Virus record (IMG/VR): IMGVR_UViG_3300040971_000034
Span: 1 to 29,113 of that record
DNA length: 29,113 nucleotides
Source: a virus
Lineage: Duplodnaviria > Caudoviricetes
Reading direction: 5' to 3' (one strand)
A program made the position numbers and the translations under genes. The notes beneath the pieces are model-generated. The model worked only from the letters and a program-made list of their open reading frames with translations. It was not told where the DNA came from and made no database searches. Of this stretch, positions 1-7,391 are shown piece by piece. Numbering within the stretch: the first letter of the stretch is position 1; every line of letters begins with the position of its first letter.

Positions 1-681
1 GCAATGATGGGGGTGTTGCCTCGCGAGGTTGATGTTCTTGAGCGCGAGAATGGGGATTTTGAAGCCACTGTCGAGCTGATCCGTACGAGTGATTGTGCGG
101 TTGTAGGGCGCGCATCCAGCATTGTCAGCAGCGACGAAAAGCTGTGGAAGACGCGAGAACGTTATGCGCGCCGGTCAATGGCTGTTACCAGGGCGACTGG
201 CAAGGCGTACCGGCTGGGATTTAGTTGGATTATGAGCCTTGCAGGTTACGAGCCGACCCCGGCTGAAGAAATGCCGGTTGAAGAAGCACGAACTGACAAA
301 CGGGCTTTGCCTGAACCTAAAACAAACGACAATAAGTGGGCACGCCCCATGTCTCCAGAAACGCTAAGAGAAGCGCTGCAGACAAAAGCTGCCAAGGCGA
401 AGCCTGCTAACGAAAAACAGATCAACTTGGTGAGGGTTTTACTATTGGAGCACTTTGCGGATCGGGATGATGAACGTCACCAGGCGCAGGAATACTTGAC
501 CGGACACAAAAGCTTTTCAGATATTGAACCTGAGATGATAAGCGCAATTCTGGACTGGATGAAGCCCGAAAAAAATCCGGACGGATCCGGGGCTTACATT
601 CTGAACAAAGATGCTAAAATAGAGCTGACAATGGTTGCCCGCCAGTTTATGGTAGACTTAGGGCAAGAACCTATCTTTTAG
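1..681 (+). CDS. Probable ssDNA-annealing/recombination protein (RecT/ERF/Rad52-like), probably 5'-truncated
   Basis: Frame is open from base 1. Motif RSMAVTRATGKAYR...AGYEPTPAEEM resembles an annealase core end, followed by a linker and a helical C-terminal domain. Lies just upstream of the replication genes. Confidence 0.5.
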   Translation, partial: AMMGVLPREVDVLERENGDFEATVELIRTSDCAVVGRASSIVSSDEKLWKTRERYARRSMAVTRATGKAYRLGFSWIMSLAGYEPTPAEEMPVEEARTDKRALPEPKTNDNKWARPMSPETLREALQTKAAKAKPANEKQINLVRVLLLEHFADRDDERHQAQEYLTGHKSFSDIEPEMISAILDWMKPEKNPDGSGAYILNKDAKIELTMVARQFMVDLGQEPIF

Positions 682-738
682 TCAGGGATGCCTCCTTCAC
701 CCCTGAGCCTGCTGGCCGGCTTTGTAGACCAGCAAAGG
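682..738 (+). promoter_or_regulatory. Two tandem hairpins; the first has an anti-SD loop CCTCCTT, the second overlaps the downstream RBS
   Basis: TCAGGG(A)TG-[CCTCCTT 691-697]-CA(C)CCCTGA at 682-706; TGCTGG 710-715 pairs with CCAGCA 729-734, next to AAAGGA. Confidence 0.5.
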
Positions 739-749
739 ATGATTAATAT

Positions 750-914
750 ATGTCAAAGAGAATATCAATACCACAAAGTTTGCGCTTTGAAGTATTCAAG
801 AGAGATAGATTCACCTGCCAATATTGTGGCAAGCCAGGTGAACTAATTGGCAATGCCTATGCCTGTCATAGTTTCAGTCGGTGGTTGGAAAACATAGAAA
901 GCTGGGACGAATAA
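750..914 (+). pseudogene. HNH endonuclease remnant, 54 aa (not in ORF track)
   Basis: MSKRISIPQSLRFEVFKRDRFTCQYCGKPGELIGNAYACHSFSRWLENIESWDE*. It has the typical HNH N-terminus (RFEVFKRDxFTCQYCG) but no DH..P..GG..N...C..CN core. Confidence 0.7.
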
Positions 915-915
915 C

Positions 916-1749
916 ATGGCATGGGCACTCGTTGATGATAAGTATTTTAGCAACCCTAAAATCACTTCATTGCCAGTTCCAGTATCGTATATGTATCTTG
1001 CGTCGCTTGCTTTTGCGAATGGATACATGACGGACGGAATAATCACCCCGCCAGGACTGTTGATCATTGCTGCTCAAGCAAAAATCAAGAATGCAAAAGC
1101 GGCGGCAGAGTCGCTGGTAGAAGCTGGACTATGGGAGGCGGTCGGTGAAGGATGGTTCATTCACGATTACTTTGAATACAACAAATCCAAAGCTTTCATT
1201 CTGACTGAACGCGAGAAAAAGGCCGCTGCTGGCAGTAAGGGCGGTAAAGCAAGTGCTACGGCAAATGCCAAAGCAGGTGCTATAGCAAGTGCTAAAGCGC
1301 GTGCTAAAAATTCGCTCGACCAAAATGCGAGCAACTGCCCAGCAATATCCCCTTCCCCTTCCCCTAAAGACATTAACTCTCCTCTCCCCCCCTTACCCCC
1401 CCAGGATTTTCAACTTTTCGCGGATGTTTACGAAGTTGTAACAGGAGTTGAGCCAAAAGTGCTAAACGCTGAAATTGAGGCGGTTCAGACAATTCTTGAA
1501 GCAGGTGGAACACCGGAAGATTATCGCAAAGCGCTACAGGGAATGCAAGATAAAGATTACACCATCAGCAACATGGCGTCGGCTCTCAACTGGACGCTTA
1601 AGGACATTGAAAAACGCAAAAGACCGGCGCGGGTAAATAGCAGCCGCAAACCGAAAGTGCCTGACATGGGCGGGTATGAGGTGGATCGTACCAGTGAAGT
1701 TGTGATAATTGATAACGGGGAGGCGTTTGATGGCGAGCTGCAATTCTGA
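916..1749 (+). CDS. Phage replication initiator / replisome organiser
   Basis: N-terminal W..VDD.(F)..NPKI winged-helix-like region, W.IHDY.EYN motif, low-complexity linker with SPSPSP/PPLPP and internal 12-bp repeats. Directly upstream of a DnaC-like gene. Confidence 0.75.
   Translation: MAWALVDDKYFSNPKITSLPVPVSYMYLASLAFANGYMTDGIITPPGLLIIAAQAKIKNAKAAAESLVEAGLWEAVGEGWFIHDYFEYNKSKAFILTEREKKAAAGSKGGKASATANAKAGAIASAKARAKNSLDQNASNCPAISPSPSPKDINSPLPPLPPQDFQLFADVYEVVTGVEPKVLNAEIEAVQTILEAGGTPEDYRKALQGMQDKDYTISNMASALNWTLKDIEKRKRPARVNSSRKPKVPDMGGYEVDRTSEVVIIDNGEAFDGELQF
1246..1305. repeat. Five tandem 12-bp iteron-like repeats (core AGCA-NN-TGCT); probable replication origin
   Basis: aaagcaagtgct / acggcaaatgcc / aaagcaggtgct / atagcaagtgct / aaagcgcgtgct inside the initiator gene, the same arrangement as lambda O/ori. 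Confidence 0.6.
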
Positions 1750-2374
1750 GTGCCCGTTATGTCACGGTGAAGGCTTGATTGAGATTGACGGTGCGTACGA
1801 TGTTTGTCCTAATCACCCAGGATTTTATCTTGAAGCCAATGTTGAATTGAGTGATAAGGACGTGCCCGGATTGTTACCAAAATCCCGCAATCTTAGTTTG
1901 ATCGGTAACGCCCTAAAAGAACTGCGAAAAGCCGGTTTTGGGATGCTATGGCTTCAGGGAGATTATGGCATAGGCAAGACGGTTCTGGCACGCGCGGCAA
2001 CGGTGGAGGCGGTGACGGAATTTAGATCCGCTAAGTTTTATCGGCAAATGGAACTTATCAACTGGCTGCGGGCAAGTTACTCACATGATAATGGGCAGAC
2101 TGAACTTATGCGCCGGATCAAAGAAATTGTAAGCGTAAAATGGCTGGTAATTGACGAAATTGGGAGGGTGAATGTTACTGATTTCAGCAACGAAGTGATG
2201 GGAGAAATTGTTGACACGCGCTACCGCATGGCACTGAAAAAGCAGGCAATGACGGTGCTAATATCCAACGATCCGCCGGAGCAGGTATTGAGCGCATACC
2301 TGGTAGATCGTGTCAGGGATGTCAAAAATAAAGTCATGGTTATTCAGGGCAAAAGCCTGAGAAAAGGAGTATAA
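1730..2374 (+). CDS. DnaC/IstB-like AAA+ helicase loader
   Basis: N-terminal CPLC..C Zn motif, Walker A GDYGIGKT, Walker B WLVIDEIG, then TVLISN, DRVR and GKSLR motifs. GGAGG at 1719-1723 supports ATG 1730. Confidence 0.88.
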   Translation: MASCNSECPLCHGEGLIEIDGAYDVCPNHPGFYLEANVELSDKDVPGLLPKSRNLSLIGNALKELRKAGFGMLWLQGDYGIGKTVLARAATVEAVTEFRSAKFYRQMELINWLRASYSHDNGQTELMRRIKEIVSVKWLVIDEIGRVNVTDFSNEVMGEIVDTRYRMALKKQAMTVLISNDPPEQVLSAYLVDRVRDVKNKVMVIQGKSLRKGV

Positions 2375-2375
2375 T

Positions 2376-2603
2376 ATGCAGTACTACAAGATTGTCGAAT
2401 GGAAACTGAGACTGATGAGAAAGCTCAATGATGGAATTTTGAACACAGAGGAATGGCAGCGTTTTATCGCAGCGGCGCAGGCAAATGGCTTTGAAGCCAT
2501 TGCTGAAGACATGCGCAAACGTGGCAGGCATTACATATGTGCTGCAGAATGGCAGGAGAGCCCATTCGCTCCCCTACGAAAACTTGAAAAGAGTGCCAAA
2601 TAG
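2376..2603 (+). CDS. Hypothetical protein
   Basis: 75-aa ORF with AAGGAG RBS, abutting the previous stop. Confidence 0.7.
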   Translation: MQYYKIVEWKLRLMRKLNDGILNTEEWQRFIAAAQANGFEAIAEDMRKRGRHYICAAEWQESPFAPLRKLEKSAK

Positions 2604-2675
2604 AGTAATTGTGTAGGTTGTTAAAAAAAACGCGATAAATGTGCCAAATTTTGGCTTAGAAAGGAAACAGGAAAA

Positions 2676-2897
2676 ATGAGCGAAAAATTCGTGGATTTGT
2701 TGACGGCATACATGGTAGCGAGAGACCATGTCGAAACAGAAAACAGGAAGTACGGGCTGTTTGAAGAAAAGCCGACACTATCCGTTGCTATCCGAGAACG
2801 CAGGGAAGTAAGGCAAAAGTTGCTCGCTTACGTTGCTGAACTGGAAGCAAAAGCTGGTGTGGTATCACCAGAGCTAAATAAAACACAAGGAGAATAG
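2676..2897 (+). CDS. Hypothetical protein
   Basis: 73-aa helical ORF with AGGA RBS. Confidence 0.7.
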   Translation: MSEKFVDLLTAYMVARDHVETENRKYGLFEEKPTLSVAIRERREVRQKLLAYVAELEAKAGVVSPELNKTQGE

Positions 2898-2898
2898 C

Positions 2899-3249
2899 AT
2901 GGAATTCATGGTCAGCAGAACGTCATCGCATTCAATGGACGCCAAGCCCTGCAAAGAGGCGTACCTAAAGACTTACACACGGATTGATGAGAGAACCGTT
3001 AATAGCCCCAGCAAAATTCCATTTTATAAAAACCAGCCTGACGATTGGTGGTATTCCGAAGGGAAAAATCATCGTGTCGAGCAAGGGCACATTATGCGTG
3101 ATTTTGAAGAAGAAGGATGGTTTGTCAAATTGGACACGATGGAAGATTTGCTGAAGTTTACCCAAAAATATGGGAGCGTGGTTATCGGACAATGTTGGAA
3201 AAACCACTCAATTTTAGAAATCGAAATTTACGATGATTGGAGAGAATAG
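2899..3249 (+). CDS. Hypothetical phage protein, paralog of 7847..8104
   Basis: MEFMVSRTS...GWFVKLDTMEDLLKFTQKYG...EIEIYDDWRE; AAGGAG RBS. Confidence 0.8.
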   Translation: MEFMVSRTSSHSMDAKPCKEAYLKTYTRIDERTVNSPSKIPFYKNQPDDWWYSEGKNHRVEQGHIMRDFEEEGWFVKLDTMEDLLKFTQKYGSVVIGQCWKNHSILEIEIYDDWRE

Positions 3250-3253
3250 AGCA

Positions 3254-3439
3254 ATGACCCAACTTACAATTATGGGACTTTGTGAAGCCAACCGTGAGAA
3301 GTTGTTGGCGTGGGCTGACGAAGGGCGTTCGTACTGGTGGATGGGACAGATGATTGGGATACAAGAGCGCAGCCGGAGCATCGTGTCGAAGTGGTTCATA
3401 GTGAATGGCATCCGCAGAAAGGCGGCAAAAAATGTGTAA
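3254..3439 (+). CDS. Small hypothetical protein, possible HTH DNA-binding protein
   Basis: GRSYWWMGQMIGI....SIVSKWF..NGI pattern resembles a helix-turn-helix. GGAG upstream of ATG 3254. Confidence 0.55.
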   Translation: MTQLTIMGLCEANREKLLAWADEGRSYWWMGQMIGIQERSRSIVSKWFIVNGIRRKAAKNV

Positions 3440-4187
3440 CTTTTTTAGTTTTGTAACAGACCCAGTTCGTCATCCAGCGGAGTATTACTACTTCGACTGG
3501 CAATATCGCAAGGCAAATTTGGATGATGATGGAGTGGACAGCCATTCCCATGTTTGCTCGCACTTTGGACTTGACGAGGACAGATGCAACAAATACGAAT
3601 ATAACCCGCTGCTCGGCAGTTTTATAATTGATCAAATTAATTCAGAGCGAGACGACAGTGAGGCGGCAGAAAAATGGGCAAGACGGCTTGACTTCAAGAC
3701 GGTGGTTGAACCGTTGGTTATCAAGCCGCTTGTGCATCCGCTTGAATTACCGGAAGTAACAGAGGTAACAGCTGAACATATCCAATGGCTGCACGAGTGG
3801 GCTTCTGTCAGGGCTTCGGTCTCGGCTTCGGTCTGGGCTTCGGTCTCGGCTTCGGTCTCGGCTTCGGTCTCGGCTTCGGTCTGGGATTCGGTCTCGGATT
3901 CAGTCTTGGCTTCGGTCAGGGCTTCGGTCTCGGATTCAGTCTTGGCTTCGGTCAGGGCTTCGGTCTCGGATTCGGTCTCGGATTCAGTCTTTGCTTCGGT
4001 CAGGGCTTCGGTCTCGGATTCGGTCTGGGCTTATATATCGTCGTTTTTTGGACTTGACTATCCCTGTGACTATTCATCTGCAGTCAAACTCTTGGAAGAT
4101 GGGTTAGTACCATCATATGACGGTCGAGTGTGGCGGTTGCACACTGGCAAGTACGCGCATGTGGTGTATGAGGAGACAGCAAAATGA
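3432..4187 (+). CDS. Phage protein with (A/D)SVx tetrapeptide repeat array
   Basis: MCNFFSFV...DSHSH N-terminal domain, 19 tetrapeptide repeats, C-terminal GLVPSYDG..WRLH domain. Confidence 0.8.
   Translation: MCNFFSFVTDPVRHPAEYYYFDWQYRKANLDDDGVDSHSHVCSHFGLDEDRCNKYEYNPLLGSFIIDQINSERDDSEAAEKWARRLDFKTVVEPLVIKPLVHPLELPEVTEVTAEHIQWLHEWASVRASVSASVWASVSASVSASVSASVWDSVSDSVLASVRASVSDSVLASVRASVSDSVSDSVFASVRASVSDSVWAYISSFFGLDYPCDYSSAVKLLEDGLVPSYDGRVWRLHTGKYAHVVYEETAK
3801..4028 (+). repeat. 19 tandem copies of a 12-bp unit (consensus GCTTCGGTCTCG)
   Basis: Read directly: ASVR ASVS ASVW ASVS ASVS ASVS ASVW DSVS DSVL ASVR ASVS DSVL ASVR ASVS DSVS DSVF ASVR ASVS DSVW. Confidence 0.95.
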
Positions 4188-4357
4188 AACACTATCTTAT
4201 CCGCCACAATTCAGGCGAATATTTTGAGGTGCAGGCATGGACGACAGCACGCTTACGCAAGCTGATTGAGGTTGAGTGTGCTGACAGGGGCTGGGACGTG
4301 GATGACACGGAAACTATCGAGATAGAGAAACAGGAGGCAGTAAATGAGCGATGGTAG
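4184..4357 (+). CDS. Hypothetical protein, 57 aa (not in ORF track)
   Basis: MKHYLIRHNSGEYFEVQAWTTARLRKLIEVECADRGWDVDDTETIEIEKQEAVNERW*. GAGGAG RBS, ATGA overlap, fills the gap between genes. Confidence 0.7.
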   Translation: MKHYLIRHNSGEYFEVQAWTTARLRKLIEVECADRGWDVDDTETIEIEKQEAVNERW

Positions 4358-4886
4358 CAAAACGCAATTGTACATAGCGAGGCAATATGCCGAACTACTG
4401 ATCAGGCAGATAGAGCCGGCGTGTGAGCGTGTCGAAATTGCGGGCTCAATTAGACGGCAAAAGCCGATGGTTGGTGATATTGAGATTGTCGCAATTCCAA
4501 AACCGAGAGTGGATTTATTCGGTAATGAGTTCTACGAACCGGAGATTATTTACCACGCTATTGAAGGCGATGTACTAACCCCGCCGCCATTTGAAAAGAG
4601 AGGTAAATTCTATGCGCGCTTCCAGTATTGGGGAATGGATACGGACTTATTTATAACCACGCCCGAAAAATGGGGCTGCATCTTTTTGATCAGGACTGGC
4701 AGCTCGGACTTTTCGAGGCGGATAATGACCCGCAAATGGCAAGGCGGTTATTGCCCTGACAATCTCAGTTTCAGAGACGGCAGGATGTGGAGCGCGGATT
4801 CTACTGATCCGCTGGATACGCCAGAGGAGATCGATGTTTTTCGCAATCTTGGTTTGGGATGGATAGAACCGGAGAATAGAATATGA
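4344..4886 (+). CDS. polX: Minimal family X DNA polymerase (palm plus C-terminal domain only)
   Basis: IAGSIRR.K..VGDIEIV nucleotidyltransferase motif, third acid in MDTDLF, LIRTGS motif, and TPEEIDVF..LGL.WIEPENR C-terminus. AGGAGG RBS. Confidence 0.9.
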   Translation: MSDGSKTQLYIARQYAELLIRQIEPACERVEIAGSIRRQKPMVGDIEIVAIPKPRVDLFGNEFYEPEIIYHAIEGDVLTPPPFEKRGKFYARFQYWGMDTDLFITTPEKWGCIFLIRTGSSDFSRRIMTRKWQGGYCPDNLSFRDGRMWSADSTDPLDTPEEIDVFRNLGLGWIEPENRI

Positions 4887-5044
4887 CCGAATACGTATTT
4901 GGCATTTGGGATTTGCAGGTCTTTGATGACCACGCGATGTTGAGCGACGGGCACAACCCGCCAATGCGATTGAGCGAAAAGGACTGGCGCGATTTGTGGA
5001 AAGCCTTGAATGCCAGAATTTTAGACGAGAGTGAGGAAAGATGA
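4883..5044 (+). CDS. Hypothetical protein, 53 aa (not in ORF track)
   Basis: MTEYVFGIWDLQVFDDHAMLSDGHNPPMRLSEKDWRDLWKALNARILDESEER*. GGAG RBS and ATGA overlaps at both ends. Confidence 0.7.
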   Translation: MTEYVFGIWDLQVFDDHAMLSDGHNPPMRLSEKDWRDLWKALNARILDESEER

Positions 5045-5364
5045 GTGAACTAAAAGCGTGTCCATTCTGTGGCAGCAAAGCGAAAAAACACAAGTACACC
5101 ATGCTGGGAGAGGATTTCAAGGTTGCTTATTGCCCGAATGAAGACTGCTATTTCCACCACCGGACGGCAAGCGTTGCTGACTGGAACACCCGCCCGATTG
5201 AGGACGCCTTGGATAAGCGGATTGCAGAGTTGGAAGCTATGGTCGAGAAACTGAACGGCTGGATAGACGAATTGATAAACGCTGGCAATCAACCGAGACA
5301 TCGCAACTGGCAAGACAATTGGGATGCTATTGTTTACCGAATTATTAAGGAGCGTGAAAAATGA
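5041..5364 (+). CDS. Lar-family (restriction alleviation-like) zinc-ribbon protein
   Basis: MSELKACPFCG...C...C...WNTR signature followed by a coiled coil. Confidence 0.7.
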   Translation: MSELKACPFCGSKAKKHKYTMLGEDFKVAYCPNEDCYFHHRTASVADWNTRPIEDALDKRIAELEAMVEKLNGWIDELINAGNQPRHRNWQDNWDAIVYRIIKEREK

Positions 5365-5618
5365 CATCACAATATATTATCAACTTTGAGCACGTTGAAC
5401 TCATGAAGGTCACAAGTGATACGACGATCTATGTCAGGTTCACGAGTGGGGTGGGTGAAGTGATTGAGTTCAAGAATGCGGAGCAGGTCAATGACATGAC
5501 TAAAGCCTTTTTTGCATGGAGTTTTGACCGCAGCCCGAGCAACGCGGGGGCTTCTGTTGGCTGGAGCCCCAACTTCAGTTCCCACAAATTGTATATCATT
5601 GATAAGGAGATGAAATGA
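5361..5618 (+). CDS. Hypothetical protein
   Basis: AAGGAG RBS, ATGA overlaps. Confidence 0.7.
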   Translation: MTSQYIINFEHVELMKVTSDTTIYVRFTSGVGEVIEFKNAEQVNDMTKAFFAWSFDRSPSNAGASVGWSPNFSSHKLYIIDKEMK

Positions 5619-6004
5619 CTGAAGAAGATTTTGCATACGAGCCAGAATTAGGGCAGGCAATGTTCGGGCAGCCGACAAAAGAGTACAAAGTTGGCTGGGA
5701 GCTCGAAGGCGCACTGGAAATGATCAGGAGCTATCTAAACATCGCTTTTGATTTGGAAGGTGATCCGTTCAGTAACACGGGGGCTGACTTCAAGTGCGCT
5801 GTATTTGAGGTTGAGTCTTACAATTGGAACGAAGACGTAGAACAGCCTTACAATTTCAAATGGCGGGATTTGGAAGTAAGCTGGTACAAATACTGCGGGC
5901 GCGGAATGAGCGTCAACCGCGTGCCAAAAGTCCGCGAAATTATCGAGATGGTGCACGAGTGCCTCGATGAACTACGAAGGATGAATGGAGAGGTGGAAGA
6001 ATGA
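5615..6004 (+). CDS. Hypothetical phage protein
   Basis: 129 aa with PYNFKW...VSWYKY.GRG motif; AAGGAG RBS. Confidence 0.75.
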   Translation: MTEEDFAYEPELGQAMFGQPTKEYKVGWELEGALEMIRSYLNIAFDLEGDPFSNTGADFKCAVFEVESYNWNEDVEQPYNFKWRDLEVSWYKYCGRGMSVNRVPKVREIIEMVHECLDELRRMNGEVEE

Positions 6005-6105
6005 CCTACATAATCTATTTCATAATAGGGCTATTCATCGGCTGTGCGCTGGGTGTGCTGGCGATGTGTCTGATGAGCGTGGCAGGGGGAGGTGAGGATG
6101 GCTAA
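6001..6105 (+). CDS. Small single-TM membrane peptide, 34 aa (not in ORF track)
   Basis: MTYIIYFIIGLFIGCALGVLAMCLMSVAGGGEDG*. GAGG RBS, ATGA overlap, GxxxG pattern. Confidence 0.65.
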   Translation: MTYIIYFIIGLFIGCALGVLAMCLMSVAGGGEDG

Positions 6106-6415
6106 ATCCAACCCTGAAGACCTGTTTGCGATGCAGCTCGGCATACTTGGGGTGACAGAGCCGACTCGTGAATATCGCTTTGCGCCGCCGCGCAGGTGGC
6201 GATTTGACTTTGCGTGGGTGGATCGCAAGATCGCTTTTGAGATCGAAGGCGGAACCTGGGTGAGCGGCAGGCACAACAGACCGCAAGGGTTCGCGGGTGA
6301 TTGCGAAAAATACAACCGTGCCGTTGATTTAGGCTGGAAAGTTTACCGCTTTACGGACGTGTACGAAGCGGTCAGCAAGGCGGTCGAATTGTTCGTAAAG
6401 ACGTTGGAGGAATGA
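6098..6415 (+). CDS. PD-(D/E)XK endonuclease (DUF559/Vsr-like), possible resolvase
   Basis: EYRFAPPRRWRFDFAW...AFEIEGG...GRH...D.EKYN.A..LGWKVYRFT. GGAGGTGA RBS. Confidence 0.8.
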   Translation: MAKSNPEDLFAMQLGILGVTEPTREYRFAPPRRWRFDFAWVDRKIAFEIEGGTWVSGRHNRPQGFAGDCEKYNRAVDLGWKVYRFTDVYEAVSKAVELFVKTLEE

Positions 6416-6762
6416 TGGAAAAAATTGAATATATCTGCAAAGAATTTGGAACATCAATGTATGCCCAATTTCCAGATGGTACTATCTATGTTAGTGGTGA
6501 TTTCACAAATTCAGCGAGCCGTCCCCGCGATTTGTTTATCCCCGTGCAAGTAATCTACAACGGGATAACTGCTATCGCCATATTCAAGGACGGAACGCGA
6601 GTTATCAGCAGACCGCAACCGGGCGAAAAGTTTGATAAAGAAACCGGATTAGCGATGTGTATAGCTAAACACGTTGCGGGCGGAAGGTCTGCGTTTTTAC
6701 GTCTTGTGGAAAAAGCAAACGACCAAAACAAGAGGGCGTTGGATGCCGGAGCAGGTGCATAG
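6412..6762 (+). CDS. Conserved hypothetical phage protein
   Basis: C-terminal F.DGT.V......GEKFDKETGLAMCIAK motif, which I recognise as recurrent in phage early regions; function unknown. Confidence 0.65.
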   Translation: MMEKIEYICKEFGTSMYAQFPDGTIYVSGDFTNSASRPRDLFIPVQVIYNGITAIAIFKDGTRVISRPQPGEKFDKETGLAMCIAKHVAGGRSAFLRLVEKANDQNKRALDAGAGA

Positions 6763-6925
6763 CCTGCCGGAGTGGGACGATGAAACAAAGGCCGCAATAA
6801 TCGCGGCATGGCGAAGTGTCGAGGCTACTGGTTACGGCGTGATAACATTAGACATAAAAGGCGGTCAAGTGACCGATTGGGACGTAAAGATAACTGGAAA
6901 ATGTAGGCGAGAGGTGAAGTTATGA
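6743..6925 (+). CDS. Small protein, DUF2292/YezD-like
   Basis: Helix followed by GYGVITLDIKGGQV. ATG 6743 after GAGGG is preferred to the track start at 6674. Confidence 0.55.
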   Translation: MPEQVHSLPEWDDETKAAIIAAWRSVEATGYGVITLDIKGGQVTDWDVKITGKCRREVKL

Positions 6926-7191
6926 GAGAGATCAATAATATCCGCAGACAGGTAATCATTGACAAAGAATTGGATGCTGAAGTCATTGAGCGTTTGCTGA
7001 TTGAAAACGTGAAGTACTTGATAGGAGACCATCTCAAAGGGCGGGTATCTATTGCGGTTGAGAGCGGCGATGAATTCGAGTATGAGTTGAAATTCAACCG
7101 GCTCAAAGACACCGAAAGCCACTGGTGCTGTGAGATTGAATTGGATCGCGCGCATATTTGGCATATTTCAGGAAAGGCGGGTGAGAGATGA
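6922..7191 (+). CDS. Hypothetical protein
   Basis: GAGGTGA RBS, ATGA overlap. Confidence 0.7.
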   Translation: MREINNIRRQVIIDKELDAEVIERLLIENVKYLIGDHLKGRVSIAVESGDEFEYELKFNRLKDTESHWCCEIELDRAHIWHISGKAGER

Positions 7192-7391
7192 GCGGATTGG
7201 GTAAAGAATATTTTGTGACATACGAGGGCGGGGACATGGACGGGAAATCGTATATATATTTCAAACCGCCTCCAGACGAGAGCTTTTACGGAAAATATCG
7301 GCTTGAAACACGTTACCGTGTAATCAATGGCAAGAAGGAAAAGCACTATATTTATGTTTTGGCAGAACGAGAGGGTACGGGCGAAAAGTGA
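7188..7391 (+). CDS. Hypothetical protein
   Basis: ATGA overlap; GGxxDG motif shared with the next ORF. Confidence 0.65.
   Translation: MSGLGKEYFVTYEGGDMDGKSYIYFKPPPDESFYGKYRLETRYRVINGKKEKHYIYVLAEREGTGEK

Noticed and set aside
3801-4028. Possible CRISPR or other guide-RNA array
   Set aside because: Head-to-tail 12-mers with no unique spacers, inside a coding frame, and no cas-like or RT gene in the window.
3785-4057. 90-aa (GFGL)n ORF resembling a glycine-zipper membrane peptide
   Set aside because: Alternate-frame shadow of the 12-bp array. It has no well-spaced RBS, and the overlapping frame has complex domains on both sides.
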